From: an uncultured delta proteobacterium
Lineage (GTDB): Bacteria; Desulfobacterota; Binatia; UBA9968
Reading direction: 5' to 3'
Assembly: GCA_963760795.1 (NCBI GenBank)
Contig: CAVXEP010000003.1
Span: 160,001-224,000 of the forward strand
DNA: 64,000 bases
The notes beneath the pieces are model-generated. The model saw only the letters and a program-made list of their open reading frames with translations, ran no database searches and was not told the DNA's origin. The translations under genes and the position numbers were made by a program. This document shows positions 34,218 through 44,250 of this stretch, piece by piece; the stretch's first letter is position 1, and each line of letters starts with the position of its first letter.

Positions 34218-34595
34218 ATGAGCCGCTTGCAGCAAGAAATAAGCAACGCCATGCTGCAGTTAACGTTGTTGGATAAGAATAATGCGCGCGCGTGGTTCCT
34301 ATTCCCAAGGGAGTTTGTGGGGTTTCAAGGTCATTTTGTGGACAGGCCTGTGCTTCCCGGGATCTGCAAACTTCACGCGGCGCAGCTGGTGGTTGAAGCG
34401 GCGCAGCGAAAATCGTTTCGATTAAAAGAAGTGAGTATGGCAAAGTTTATCGCCCCCGTGACTTGCGATGAGGAGATTGTGATCGACTGTAGGTGGAAAA
34501 ACAATAGCGACGGTTCATTGGATGTAAAAGCGTCTATAAAACGAGAGGAAGCAAAAATTGCAGTGCTTCAACTGGTGCTCGGGAATCCAGACTAA
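34218..34595 (+). CDS. FabZ/ApeI-like hotdog dehydratase
   Basis: FQGHFVDRPVLPG and AKFIAPV. Confidence 0.75.
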   Translation: MSRLQQEISNAMLQLTLLDKNNARAWFLFPREFVGFQGHFVDRPVLPGICKLHAAQLVVEAAQRKSFRLKEVSMAKFIAPVTCDEEIVIDCRWKNNSDGSLDVKASIKREEAKIAVLQLVLGNPD

Positions 34596-34599
34596 CAAA

Positions 34600-35086
34600 A
34601 AGATTGATGTTCCGGAGACAACACCGCGGATATTTTGAAACGGACGAATCCGCTCCTCCACCGCTGAAAGTCCGTATCCAAAGTGTGTCAATTTTAGTGA
34701 AGTGGCTGCAATGGGCATTGTGTGGCACGGGAATTACCGAAATACTTTGAGGCAGCTTCCGCTGAGTTGGGCCGCCAGTGTGGGCTTTCTTATCGCGATT
34801 ATTACCGGGAACAGTGCATGCCCCTATTGTGCAATTGCATGCAGACTATCACCGGCCTGTCGTTTTAGAAGAGATAATTGACCTTGAGGCTCGTTATATA
34901 TGGAGCGAAGGATCGGGAATTTACACCGAGTTTGTCGTCTACGGTGCGACTGAACGTATTGCTGTGACGGGTTATACTATTCGAATGTTTATAGATTCCT
35001 TGTCAAGGGAGCCGCTTTTGACATCGCCGAAGATCTTTGAAAAATGCCGAAAACGCGGGAATGCAAGTGAATTTCACTCGGGATAG
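34600..35086 (+). pseudogene. Acyl-ACP thioesterase (4HBT/ApeK-like), multiply frameshifted; its 3' end abuts the intron remnant
   Basis: Fragments FSEVAAMGIVWHGNY and APIVQLHADYHRPV in different frames. Confidence 0.65.
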
Positions 35087-35269
35087 GAAGCAGCCTCACG
35101 GCTCTTCCCTGCCACACCACCGTGCGTACGGGTCCGTACACTGCGGTTCGGCACGGTTAAATGTTTTGGCCTCGCTCCAATCTCGGAAGTCCGATCGAGT
35201 CAAAAAAGCGGTTAAGTAAGGCGAGCCGGACACCAGGGGTGCGACAAACATTCCGCGGCTCCTGACTAA
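35078..35269 (-). mobile_element. Group IIC intron remnant: maturase C-terminus plus ribozyme domains V-VI
   Basis: Minus strand GAACCGCAGTGTACGGACCCGTACGCACGGTGGTGT...CCTATCCCGA, preceded by RTPGVRLALLNRFFDSIGLPRL...*. Confidence 0.8.
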
Positions 35270-36733
35270 TACTACTGTGTTATTAATGTCTATTCATGAC
35301 CCCGCAGTGCGGACATCGATCGAATTGGCTTATGATCTCGCACGCCAGCAGATAGCGCAGGGTCGCGATGGAATCGGGCACGTGGCGTTGGGCGCGTTGG
35401 GCTGCCGCGCGGGGTGTAATCTTTGGGTAGGCCAGGCGCTTTTGATCGAGAGGAGTTTTTTTTAAAGCCGCCATGTTTAAGACGATCTGCCAGCAAGAAG
35501 CCGTAGGCTGCAATGCACAAGGTGGCGTGATGATTAAAACCGCGCCAGCCCCGTCCCTCGTAGTGGCTCAGGCCGAACTCCTGGCTTGAGGTCTTGATAA
35601 TCCCGTTCAATGCGCCAGCGCATCTTGGCGGTCTTGACCAAATTTACAAGCGTTGTTTTGGCGGGCAAGGTCGACAACCAGTACTTGGTCGGTTCGGCTT
35701 GATCGACAGGCCATTCAATCAACAACCATTGTTCGCTACGTGGAGCGCGAAGCCCCTCTTCGTCGCGATGCGCCGCCCGCACTCGCACCGCGGCGAAGCG
35801 CGACGACAATGGCTCGTTGGTTCCCTCGCGCCACTCCACCGTGCGCCAGCAGCGCCCTTTCAAGGATTCGGCCATCCCCTTCACGCTGAGCGGTGTGGTG
35901 CCCGGCACACGCTGCCACCGTGTGGCAGGACGGCCGATTTTCTTGTTAGCCTTGGGAGGCACAGGCCCCGTGCCAGCCGCCCACACGGTGGTGACCGATT
36001 GTATCCCCACGCAATACTCCAACTCCATCTCGTCGAGCGCTTCACGCCACGCCGTTTCATTGCCATAGCCTGCGTCGGCCAGCACAATGCCGATGGCAAC
36101 CCCCCGCGGCCTTGGCCGCTCGGATTTGCTCGAGCGCAATGTCGGGCTTGATCTGAAACTTAACTGCCGTAGGCACACCGGCTTTTTCCCGCCGCTGCCG
36201 ATCCTTGGCCCATTGCTCCGGCAGGTACAGCCGCCAAGCGATCGGCACACTGCCACGCTCAGTGGCCAACGACACACTGACCGCCACCTGGCAATTATCC
36301 TGCTTGCCCAATTGCCCGCAGTACTGGCGCGCCACTCCCACCGAGTGGATTCCTTTCTTGGGAAATCCGGTATCGTCCACGATCCAATAAAACTGGCGCT
36401 TGCGCCCAAGCTCGGGCATCGCCCAATCGCGCACACGCCCCAGAACCGCTACGTCGGACCACTCCGAGTCGGCCACCAAGTGGTGCAACGATTGATGTTT
36501 TGCGCTGACGTGCCCCGGATCGATGTGCGCCGCCAACGGTTCCACGCTCTTGCGCCCAATCGGCAGCATCAATCCTAGGCTGTAATCCGAAAACCCCATA
36601 TGGCGGTCCTGGTGCCCCAAGGCTTCGCACAGATACTTCATGTACCGTTCGTATTCAGCCAGCTTGCCATGGTCGTCCTCCTCCTGTATGAACTACCATA
36701 ACATAAACCCATTTTATTTATAACACAGTAGTA
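35270..36733 (-). mobile_element. IS701-family insertion sequence with a frameshifted transposase
   Basis: 14-bp perfect TIR TACTACTGTGTTAT (35270-35283 / 36720-36733); CTAA duplicated at 35266-35269 and 36734-36737; RKSVEP, VDDTGFPKKG.HSVGVARQYCG, ADAGYG and RWRIERDYQ. Confidence 0.92.
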
Positions 36734-36759
36734 CTAACAGCCTGGTGAAAAAGGATTCT

Positions 36760-36837
36760 TCATGCTTCGACGGGTTCGGCATGAACGGAAAATCATCATT
36801 GGAAACTCCTGCCCCGTTTGCCTTGAGCACGTGGAAA
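36760..36837. repeat. Degenerate REP-like palindrome
   Basis: catgcttcgacgggttcggcatgaacgg ... ccgtttgccttgagcacgtggaa form imperfect inverted arms. Confidence 0.45.
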
Positions 36838-36859
36838 AGTAAGAGGTGAGTCATTCAGG

Positions 36860-37375
36860 TGGTAATGCATTTGGGGCATTTGAGAAAAGATGTATCTTAA
36901 GTCATGCGCCCGGAGGATAATCCGGCGGTGCGCGAATGTCTGCGTTTAGGAAGCCATGAGGCCAAACCCGTCAAAATGATTGACCCTCAACAGCATCTTG
37001 GCGGTGCGCTCGAGATTGTGCAAGCTCTCAATGAAGGCAATATTGTCTGCATGATGGGAGACCGCAGTTACGGGTTGATACCTTGGAGGTTCCTTTCCTG
37101 GGAAAACCCGCCTATTTTCCGTATGGCGCGCTTGCGGTTGCAGCGGCGACCGAGTCGCCTGTGGTAGTGTTACTAACGCATAAAGTTTTAGAGCGGGAAT
37201 ACATTGCAGATGTTTCTAATATGTGGCGACCAATCGGCGACCAATCTATGAGGACGGGCAGAAAAAAAAGAACAACTAAGAGGCTGGCTAAACAATTATA
37301 TCGCGCTCTTAGAATAATTCGTGGAAGAACATCCCTATGAATGTTTCTTATTGCATAATGTGTGGGGTTCAACTA
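36860..37375 (+). pseudogene. 5'-deleted LpxL-like (lipid A-type) acyltransferase remnant
   Basis: EIVQALNEGNIVCMMGDR, then EVPFLGKPAYFPYGA...SPVV in shifted frames. Confidence 0.7.
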
Positions 37376-37388
37376 AAGGGAGTGTCCG

Positions 37389-37682
37389 ATGACGGCAAGT
37401 AAGGAAGAAGAGCTAGTAGCAATTCGGCGAGAGCTGAAGGAGCTGCTTGTGAGCATGTTGGCAGGTCTGGAAGAGATTGATCCGGCAGATATTAAAGACG
37501 ATGAAATGTTGTTCGAAGAAGGGCTGGGCCTGGATTCGCTTGATGCGGTGGAGATTGTGGCCTTGCTTCAAAGACATTTTGGATTACACGTTAAAGATAT
37601 GAAAGAGGGTCGGGAAATTTTTAAGTCAATTGATACGCTGTCTCGATATATTTATGATAATAGGTCCAAGGAAAATAAATGA
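37389..37682 (+). CDS. Acyl carrier protein (ApeE-like)
   Basis: LFEEGLGLDSLDAVEI; RBS AGGGAG. Confidence 0.88.
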   Translation: MTASKEEELVAIRRELKELLVSMLAGLEEIDPADIKDDEMLFEEGLGLDSLDAVEIVALLQRHFGLHVKDMKEGREIFKSIDTLSRYIYDNRSKENK

Positions 37683-38866
37683 CAATATTCGTAACGGGTG
37701 TAGGCATTATTTCCGCTGCGGGTAAGGGTGAAAAGGAAACATTAGAGTGTTTTTATGAGGGGCGTCGCAACGCCGGCCCCGTGTCTCTTTTTGCGTCAGA
37801 CATTAAATCCCCTGCTTACGAAGTCAGGGACTTGTTCTGTGGTCATTTTCCCGAACGGCTTCGGACATTGAACTTGTGTCTCGCAGCAATTGATGATGCG
37901 CTCGAAGGTAACTGCCGTGTGACCCGGGCTGGGCTCAAAGGAAAGCGTATCGGTGTGGCAATCGGGACGACGGTGGGAAGTACTTTAAACGATCTGGACT
38001 TTTACCGAGAATACCGGAAAACGGGTAAGGCGTCGATGGTGGCTGTGGATCATTATCTACAAGGGGACTTGGCGTCGGCTGTTCATTCGTTTTTGGAAAC
38101 TCATGGGCCCTCCGTAACGGTTGTTAATGCGTGTACGTCCGGTGCTGACGCCATAGGCATGGCTATGTCGTGGATCAAAGCGGGGCTGTGTGAGATAGCA
38201 ATTGCAGGAGGATCTGACGAAATGAGTCAGGTTCCTCTCAGTGGTTTTCGTTCACTCGGCATTCTTAGCGACTCACTTTGTGCCCCCTTTGATCGCAACC
38301 GCAATGGGTTAAACTTGGGTGAAGGCGCCGCCGTGCTGATCCTAGAGAATGAAACAAGTTTGCGACAACGTGGACAACGCGCGAGAGCAATCATTCGGGG
38401 GTACGGATCTTCGAACGACGCGCACCATTTAACGGCGCCAGATCCTGACGGGCAAGGACTTGAGCGTGCGGTGACGACCGCGCTTAAAGCAGCCGCCATC
38501 CGCCCTGATCAAATCTCTTTTATTAATGCACACGGAACGGCAACACGAGATAATGATTGTGTCGAAGGACTCGTATTGAGCCGTTTGTTTGGTCGTCAAG
38601 CCAAGTTTTTATCCACTAAAGGATACACGGGACATACGCTCGGCGCGGCAGGCGTTTTGGAGGCGTCTTTTAGCCTTCTGGCTTTGGAACAGGAGTGGAT
38701 ACCCCAAAGCGCCGGGTTTAGCGAAGAAGACCCGACCATTGGGATATCTCCGGTCAAAGAACGCACTTCAATCGAGGGACAACTTGCGCTTTCGACCTCA
38801 CTTGGTTTTGGCGGTTGTGATGCGGCATTGGTGATTGAACGGCCTAAAGAGGAGTTTCTTTTTTGA
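37679..38866 (+). CDS. Beta-ketoacyl-ACP synthase (ApeO-like KS)
   Basis: NACTSG, NAHGTAT, KGYTGHTLG and SLGFGG. Confidence 0.9.
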   Translation: MTIFVTGVGIISAAGKGEKETLECFYEGRRNAGPVSLFASDIKSPAYEVRDLFCGHFPERLRTLNLCLAAIDDALEGNCRVTRAGLKGKRIGVAIGTTVGSTLNDLDFYREYRKTGKASMVAVDHYLQGDLASAVHSFLETHGPSVTVVNACTSGADAIGMAMSWIKAGLCEIAIAGGSDEMSQVPLSGFRSLGILSDSLCAPFDRNRNGLNLGEGAAVLILENETSLRQRGQRARAIIRGYGSSNDAHHLTAPDPDGQGLERAVTTALKAAAIRPDQISFINAHGTATRDNDCVEGLVLSRLFGRQAKFLSTKGYTGHTLGAAGVLEASFSLLALEQEWIPQSAGFSEEDPTIGISPVKERTSIEGQLALSTSLGFGGCDAALVIERPKEEFLF

Positions 38867-39927
38867 TGAAGCCTCTTTCAATCGAAGGGCTCGGCATTCT
38901 TTGCGCGTGCGGGCGGGGTATAGAAAAGTTTGAATGCGCTTTAAGGGCGGGCTGGGTTGCACCGCAATTTTCTGCCGATGGCCGACCGGCTTACCGGGTG
39001 AATACTCATGATTTAGTGGACCGGGAAGTCTTAAAGAAGGCCCGCCGGGCGGACCGGATTTCCAAGATGACCGTATTGGCAGCGCACGATGCAATGGTCG
39101 ATAGCAGTCTGCCAATCGAGGAGATTCGCGAGACAGGGGTCATTCTTGCGACGGCTTTTGGGGCTCATTCCTCCATTTTTCGTTTTTTGGATAATATTAT
39201 CGATTACGGTGAGTTGAATGTATCCCCCACCACATTTGCGCATACGCTTCATAATGCAGCGGCCTCCTATTTGGCCGGTGTCTTGGGCTGTCGAGGTCCT
39301 ACGCTGACGATTACGCAATTTTGTTTTGTATTTCATCAGGCGCTCCAGCTGGCGTACTCATGGCTTTTGGAGGGCCGTGTCGAACGAGTTCTCGTAGGCG
39401 TTGCCGACGAGCTTTCAAAGACTATGGAATATATCTGTGATGAAATACTTTCGCTTGCCTACGACGGAAGAATGCAGCCTTTGAGCTGCCTGAAAAGGCC
39501 CAAAGTGGTTCCCGGGGAAGGTAGTGCTTTCTTTCTTCTTTCGTTAGACCCTGCAAGAAAGAGATACGGAAGTATCTGTGAAATTGAAATCGGGCCGAGC
39601 CGCGCAGCGCCAGAGGATGTTGATCTTTCGGTCATTGGAGCCAATGCCATGGCCGGAAGTGAAAAGCTATATAGAAGGACGCTCAAAGATGGTTTAGACG
39701 TGGCTGCCTATACACACATCTATGGGGGTTTGATGACCGGTGCCGGTTTTGAGTGTGTTGCAAGTGCCTTAATGCTAAAGAACCAAGTCAGATATGCAAG
39801 TTCACCTTTTGCCAAACCTAAAGGATGGAAAGTGACCGAAACGACCGTGCCTAAAGAGCTGAACACGATTCGCTGTATCGCCCATAGCTGCGACGGTGAA
39901 TTAGCGTTCCTCAAAATGGAGAAGTAG
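38863..39927 (+). CDS. Ketosynthase chain-length-factor-like protein
   Basis: KARRADRISKM and SPTTFAHTLHNAAAS; lacks the KS Cys-His-His motifs; coupled to the KS. Confidence 0.8.
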   Translation: MMKPLSIEGLGILCACGRGIEKFECALRAGWVAPQFSADGRPAYRVNTHDLVDREVLKKARRADRISKMTVLAAHDAMVDSSLPIEEIRETGVILATAFGAHSSIFRFLDNIIDYGELNVSPTTFAHTLHNAAASYLAGVLGCRGPTLTITQFCFVFHQALQLAYSWLLEGRVERVLVGVADELSKTMEYICDEILSLAYDGRMQPLSCLKRPKVVPGEGSAFFLLSLDPARKRYGSICEIEIGPSRAAPEDVDLSVIGANAMAGSEKLYRRTLKDGLDVAAYTHIYGGLMTGAGFECVASALMLKNQVRYASSPFAKPKGWKVTETTVPKELNTIRCIAHSCDGELAFLKMEK

Positions 39928-39989
39928 CAAATGGAACGATTTGACAAAAGCCGTGCACTAACCGCACGGTCAACACGACCTAAAACGCT

Positions 39990-40247
39990 ATGAATTCAAA
40001 ATCTACGGATGAGATATTGGAGGTATTACTGAGGGAAAGCGCCGCGATTTTATCTGTCGATCGCGGTGCATTTAGTGCGGATACTCCTTTATCGGCACTG
40101 GGTTTTGATTCGATGCGCTTTGTCGAGCTATTGGTTGCAATCGAAATACATTTGAAGGTTAAGCTGATCGAAATCATTCAACAGGAAGACCTGAAAACTC
40201 TTCGAACCTTGGCTAGTTGCATAAATCGGGTAGGTTGCAATCTGTGA
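39990..40247 (+). CDS. Stand-alone carrier protein (ACP/PCP)
   Basis: ALGFDSMRFVELL phosphopantetheine motif. Confidence 0.8.
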   Translation: MNSKSTDEILEVLLRESAAILSVDRGAFSADTPLSALGFDSMRFVELLVAIEIHLKVKLIEIIQQEDLKTLRTLASCINRVGCNL

Positions 40248-41554
40248 AAGTGACGCTTCCGTCATCTCCGTTGAGATACTATCTTTCGGGCATGGATTGG
40301 GTTGTGCATGCCATTGATCACACATCCAAGAAGGTTCTTGGCTGCGGTCTACTCTTTCAAATCGTAGTTGAGTTGGCGGGGACGCTTGAGAAAGAGTCCT
40401 TCAGGGGCTCTTTGGCGAGGTATTGTGAATGCTTTCCTCATCTTTGGGGTAGCGCTCGCAGGGACTTCATCAATCTAGCGCCTTACTGGCGGACTAATCG
40501 AGGTGAATCCAAAGTTGATATTGTATTTCGACAGGCGGTCGATTTTGAGGAGGCATTAAATCTGTTGTCCGCGGAACTCAACACGCCTCTTGAGACGGAG
40601 GAGATCTATTTTAAGGTGTTTGGTGTTACGGTCTCGGACAAGACGTTGATTGGGTGCACTTTTGATCACCGGCTTTTTGACGCCCGCGGCGCAGAGTCAT
40701 TTTTGCAGGGATTTCATGATTTTTGCGCACATGGTTTGTCACAAGAGTTTCAGGTGCAGAACGCAGACGCGGGTTTGGATCATTGGCGGGAAAAGTTCGA
40801 GGCCGGTAGGAAGGTGAAGCGGGCTGGCGTTGCTTCCGGCGAAAACTCCATGGTAAGGCGTTTTACGGATGGAAAATCACCAAAAAAAGGAAGAAATCGG
40901 TTCAAAATTAAACATTTCGATCAGATCGCGACGCAGTCCATTTTTGAGCGGGCAGAGAAACAAGCCGGCTTATTCATGTTTTTACCTTACTCATTAGCCA
41001 TAAGTATTCAGATGATCCATTCCTTGTTTGTGCGCCGTGGGCAAAGGGAGGGTGATTTCGTCATTTCGGTTACGCGTGATATGCGCGTAAAAGGCAGCGC
41101 TAAGGTGCCGATACTTTTTAATCATTTCTCTGTCATCAATTTTAGGGTAAGTGCGCCGGAGATCGACGACTTTCAGATGCTGGTGGGTCTTCTAAAACAG
41201 CAACTTTACGAGCAAGTCAAGAATAAACTTCCTGAGGCATTGTCCGAGTCGAGCATGCTTATTCGGATCGTCCCCAGGTCTGTACTCTCTTACGGATTTG
41301 AATCTCTTGTGCCAACCCCCATGCCTACTTTTGTGTTTGGATTCCTTGGGGAGAGCGCCTACCAAAGTGATGAGTTTGCGGGACTTGGAGTCCTAAATAT
41401 GTATCATTTTCCACGCATACCACCTTCACCTGGGCTTGGTATTTTCTTCTCGCAGTACCACAAAAGGCTGACTATGACGCTTTCTTACATTGAAGATACC
41501 GTTGGTGAAGAAGAAGCTGAAGACTTGATCCTTACGGTGGCGGAGCAGCTATGA
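40244..41554 (+). CDS. Free-standing condensation-domain-like / CoA-dependent acyltransferase
   Basis: ~435 aa with FDHRLFDARG (HxxxD) at the position expected for C-domain/PapA5-type enzymes; C-terminal KRLTMTLSY. Confidence 0.6.
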   Translation: MKVTLPSSPLRYYLSGMDWVVHAIDHTSKKVLGCGLLFQIVVELAGTLEKESFRGSLARYCECFPHLWGSARRDFINLAPYWRTNRGESKVDIVFRQAVDFEEALNLLSAELNTPLETEEIYFKVFGVTVSDKTLIGCTFDHRLFDARGAESFLQGFHDFCAHGLSQEFQVQNADAGLDHWREKFEAGRKVKRAGVASGENSMVRRFTDGKSPKKGRNRFKIKHFDQIATQSIFERAEKQAGLFMFLPYSLAISIQMIHSLFVRRGQREGDFVISVTRDMRVKGSAKVPILFNHFSVINFRVSAPEIDDFQMLVGLLKQQLYEQVKNKLPEALSESSMLIRIVPRSVLSYGFESLVPTPMPTFVFGFLGESAYQSDEFAGLGVLNMYHFPRIPPSPGLGIFFSQYHKRLTMTLSYIEDTVGEEEAEDLILTVAEQL

Positions 41555-42783
41555 GCTTTGCAACTCAAGTTTATGATGGGTGTGTGGTCGGAGCTGGTTT
41601 CGCGGGGATTGCCGCAGCCATTCAATCGGCTCGCCTGGGACTTAAGACCCTTTTAATTGAAAAAAGCGCTGCCTTAGGCGGAGTGGCTCATACAGGGATG
41701 CATCAACAGCTGTGCGGTCTATACCTGAATACGGACACTTCGCCGAAAGAAACATTGAATGGGGGTCTTTCGCGCGAAGTAGCGGAAGGTTTGTTGGCGA
41801 GAAAGGGTTCGAGAGCATTGAATATGGGCAAACTGGCAGTCCTGCAATATGATCCTCAGCAATTGAACCATTTGCTTTCTGACCTGGTGAAAATGGAAAC
41901 AAATCTTGAGATTTTGTTTGAATCTAGAGTCGAGGCCGTTCAAGTGGAGAACCAAACCATTAAACAAATCTGCATTCGAACCAAAGAGGAAAAAACATCG
42001 CTTCATGTTCGGGCGCTGATTGATGGCAGCGCAGGTGAAGTGGTTCGTTTGAGCGGCGCATCGTATGAATTAGCTCGGAAAGGAGAGCGCCAACTAGCCG
42101 CCTATGCGGTTGAGATTGAGGACACAACAGGCGATCCTCACATGATGAACTTGAAGGTTGCCTATCATCTCGCAAGGGCTGCCGAAAGCGGTGAGATAGG
42201 ACGGAGCCTTCGCTACAGCGTCTGGCTGAGTGGACGAAATAATCACAACGGTGTTTTAAGAATAAGCGTTCTCCCAAGTGATGGCACATATGATATCGAA
42301 GCAATTAGGAATAAGGCCATAAGAGTTCATGAAGTGCTTAAAAAGAATATCAGCGAATTCAGGGGCTCCAGAATCGCAGGCATGGCTCCCGGGGTTTCCG
42401 AGCGCGAGGGGATCAGAATGACAGGCCGTTATCGATTAACCGAAAAAGATGTTTTGGAGGGGAGAAAGTTTGAAGACGGGCATGTTAAGAGTGCATGGCC
42501 GATTGAGTTTTGGGATCAGCGTAAGGGGCCGCAGTATCACTATATTCCTGATGGAGACTATTATGAGATTCCGACTCGGTCTTTGCGGTCGAGGGATATT
42601 ACCAATTTATTCGCCGCAGGGCGGTGTATTTCGACGGATTCCAAAGCTTTAGCGTCTGTTCGAGTCACGGGAACGTGCCTCGCTTTGGGGGAACAAAGTG
42701 CAAGGGCGATGTGTTCTTATCTCGCGGCCACCCCTGGCGATAACAGCGAACATCCGAGGTTTTCGGCTAATGAACATCGTTGA
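41551..42783 (+). CDS. FAD-dependent oxidoreductase (FAD_oxidored family)
   Basis: VVGAGFAGIAAA, REGIR, YYEIPTRSL, NLFAAGRCIS and RVTGTC. Confidence 0.85.
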   Translation: MSFATQVYDGCVVGAGFAGIAAAIQSARLGLKTLLIEKSAALGGVAHTGMHQQLCGLYLNTDTSPKETLNGGLSREVAEGLLARKGSRALNMGKLAVLQYDPQQLNHLLSDLVKMETNLEILFESRVEAVQVENQTIKQICIRTKEEKTSLHVRALIDGSAGEVVRLSGASYELARKGERQLAAYAVEIEDTTGDPHMMNLKVAYHLARAAESGEIGRSLRYSVWLSGRNNHNGVLRISVLPSDGTYDIEAIRNKAIRVHEVLKKNISEFRGSRIAGMAPGVSEREGIRMTGRYRLTEKDVLEGRKFEDGHVKSAWPIEFWDQRKGPQYHYIPDGDYYEIPTRSLRSRDITNLFAAGRCISTDSKALASVRVTGTCLALGEQSARAMCSYLAATPGDNSEHPRFSANEHR

Positions 42784-44221
42784 CCTTCTTCGTGAAGAAA
42801 CAGCGCAGAAGCGTAACAAGGTGGCTTTGCGACAAGGGAAAGTCCGTGTGACTTATGGGGAGCTTTTTGACAGAACGGAAAATATGGCCAATCATTTGCA
42901 AAGACTGGGCATCGACAAATTTGCCCGTGTCGGCCTATTCGTGCCGGAAGGAATCGACTATGTTGTTCTCAACCTGGCTATTCTGTCGCTCCCTGCGGTA
43001 GTGGTTCCCGTTCCTTTAGGTGCCTCTGAAGAAGAGGTTAATAGTCTTATTCAGGAGATGAAAATCAATTTCCTGATTGGCCCCCGAAGTTTTTGTCGAT
43101 CAGCGGCGGAGTCTTATGAATTGACCGCGCTGACAGCGTCGCCGCTATTAAGCGTCTCTCGATTTGCATCAGTTATGCCTGAGCAGAATGAATTCAAATC
43201 GGTTAATCCGGCGTTTATACGTTTCACCTCCGGAACAACCGGCAAAAGCAAAGGGGTGGTGATCTCCCACGAGGCGATTCGGGCACGGACCGAGGCCGCG
43301 GATCATGCGCTTAAGATGACAGAGCAAGATGTGGTGATTTGGGTGCTTTCGATGTCCTTTCATTTCGTAGTGACCATTCTGCTCTTTCTCAGACGAGCGT
43401 CCGAGATTGTTTTGTGCGATCACGAGTTGCCCAGGGGTATCGCGGAGGGCCTCGAAGCGAACGACGCGACGTTTATCTATGCCTCACCATTGCATTACAA
43501 TGCGATGGTTAATTCTCAGCGAATAACGACTTCGTTATGCCGTCATCTTCGCATGGCGGTCTCGACTACGGTGTCGCTTGATGAATCAACGGCAGAATCC
43601 TTTGCTGCAAAATTTGGTCTTGAACTTACCGAGGCCTACGGCATTATTGAGGTTGGATTGCCGTTTGTGAATTTGACGGGCGATGCACGGCGCCCGCGTT
43701 CCGTGGGGCGAGTGCTCCCGGCCTACCAGTGCTATTTGCGAGCCCCGGATGATGACGGTGTTGGAATCGTGAATGTAAAAGGGCCGGGGATGTTCGACGC
43801 CTACCTTAGTCCCTGGCGAACAAGAGAGCAGGTGACAAAGGATGGTTGGTTTGAAACGGACGATCTGGGTCGATTCGATGAACAAGGGTTCCTTTATCTT
43901 CTCGGAAGACAGCAAAATGTCATTAATTTTATGGGAATGAAGATTTTTCCGGCGGAAGTCGAGCGTGTCATAAATCAACATCCTGCCGTTAAAGAATCGT
44001 GTGTTTATGGGGTGCCGCATGAGCAACTTGGGCAGATACCCTATGCTAGAGTTGTTTTGACCGACGAAAGCGCTAATTTCGATCCAAACGAGCTTCGCCG
44101 GTTTTGCTACCAGTATTTGGCGGCGTACAAAGTTCCCAAACAAGTCGAGCAGGTTATCGAGTTGGAGAAAACATTGAGCGGTAAAACGGTGGCAAAATCG
44201 CGAGCTCAACTAAATGACTAA
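42770..44221 (+). CDS. Adenylate-forming acyl-CoA/acyl-ACP ligase
   Basis: FTSGTTGKSKG, EAYGIIE, WFETDDLG, KIFPAEVE and YKVP..KTLSGK. Confidence 0.88.
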   Translation: MNIVDLLREETAQKRNKVALRQGKVRVTYGELFDRTENMANHLQRLGIDKFARVGLFVPEGIDYVVLNLAILSLPAVVVPVPLGASEEEVNSLIQEMKINFLIGPRSFCRSAAESYELTALTASPLLSVSRFASVMPEQNEFKSVNPAFIRFTSGTTGKSKGVVISHEAIRARTEAADHALKMTEQDVVIWVLSMSFHFVVTILLFLRRASEIVLCDHELPRGIAEGLEANDATFIYASPLHYNAMVNSQRITTSLCRHLRMAVSTTVSLDESTAESFAAKFGLELTEAYGIIEVGLPFVNLTGDARRPRSVGRVLPAYQCYLRAPDDDGVGIVNVKGPGMFDAYLSPWRTREQVTKDGWFETDDLGRFDEQGFLYLLGRQQNVINFMGMKIFPAEVERVINQHPAVKESCVYGVPHEQLGQIPYARVVLTDESANFDPNELRRFCYQYLAAYKVPKQVEQVIELEKTLSGKTVAKSRAQLND

Positions 44222-44250
44222 GTAAAAATAGACGAAGGTTGCGCACGAAC

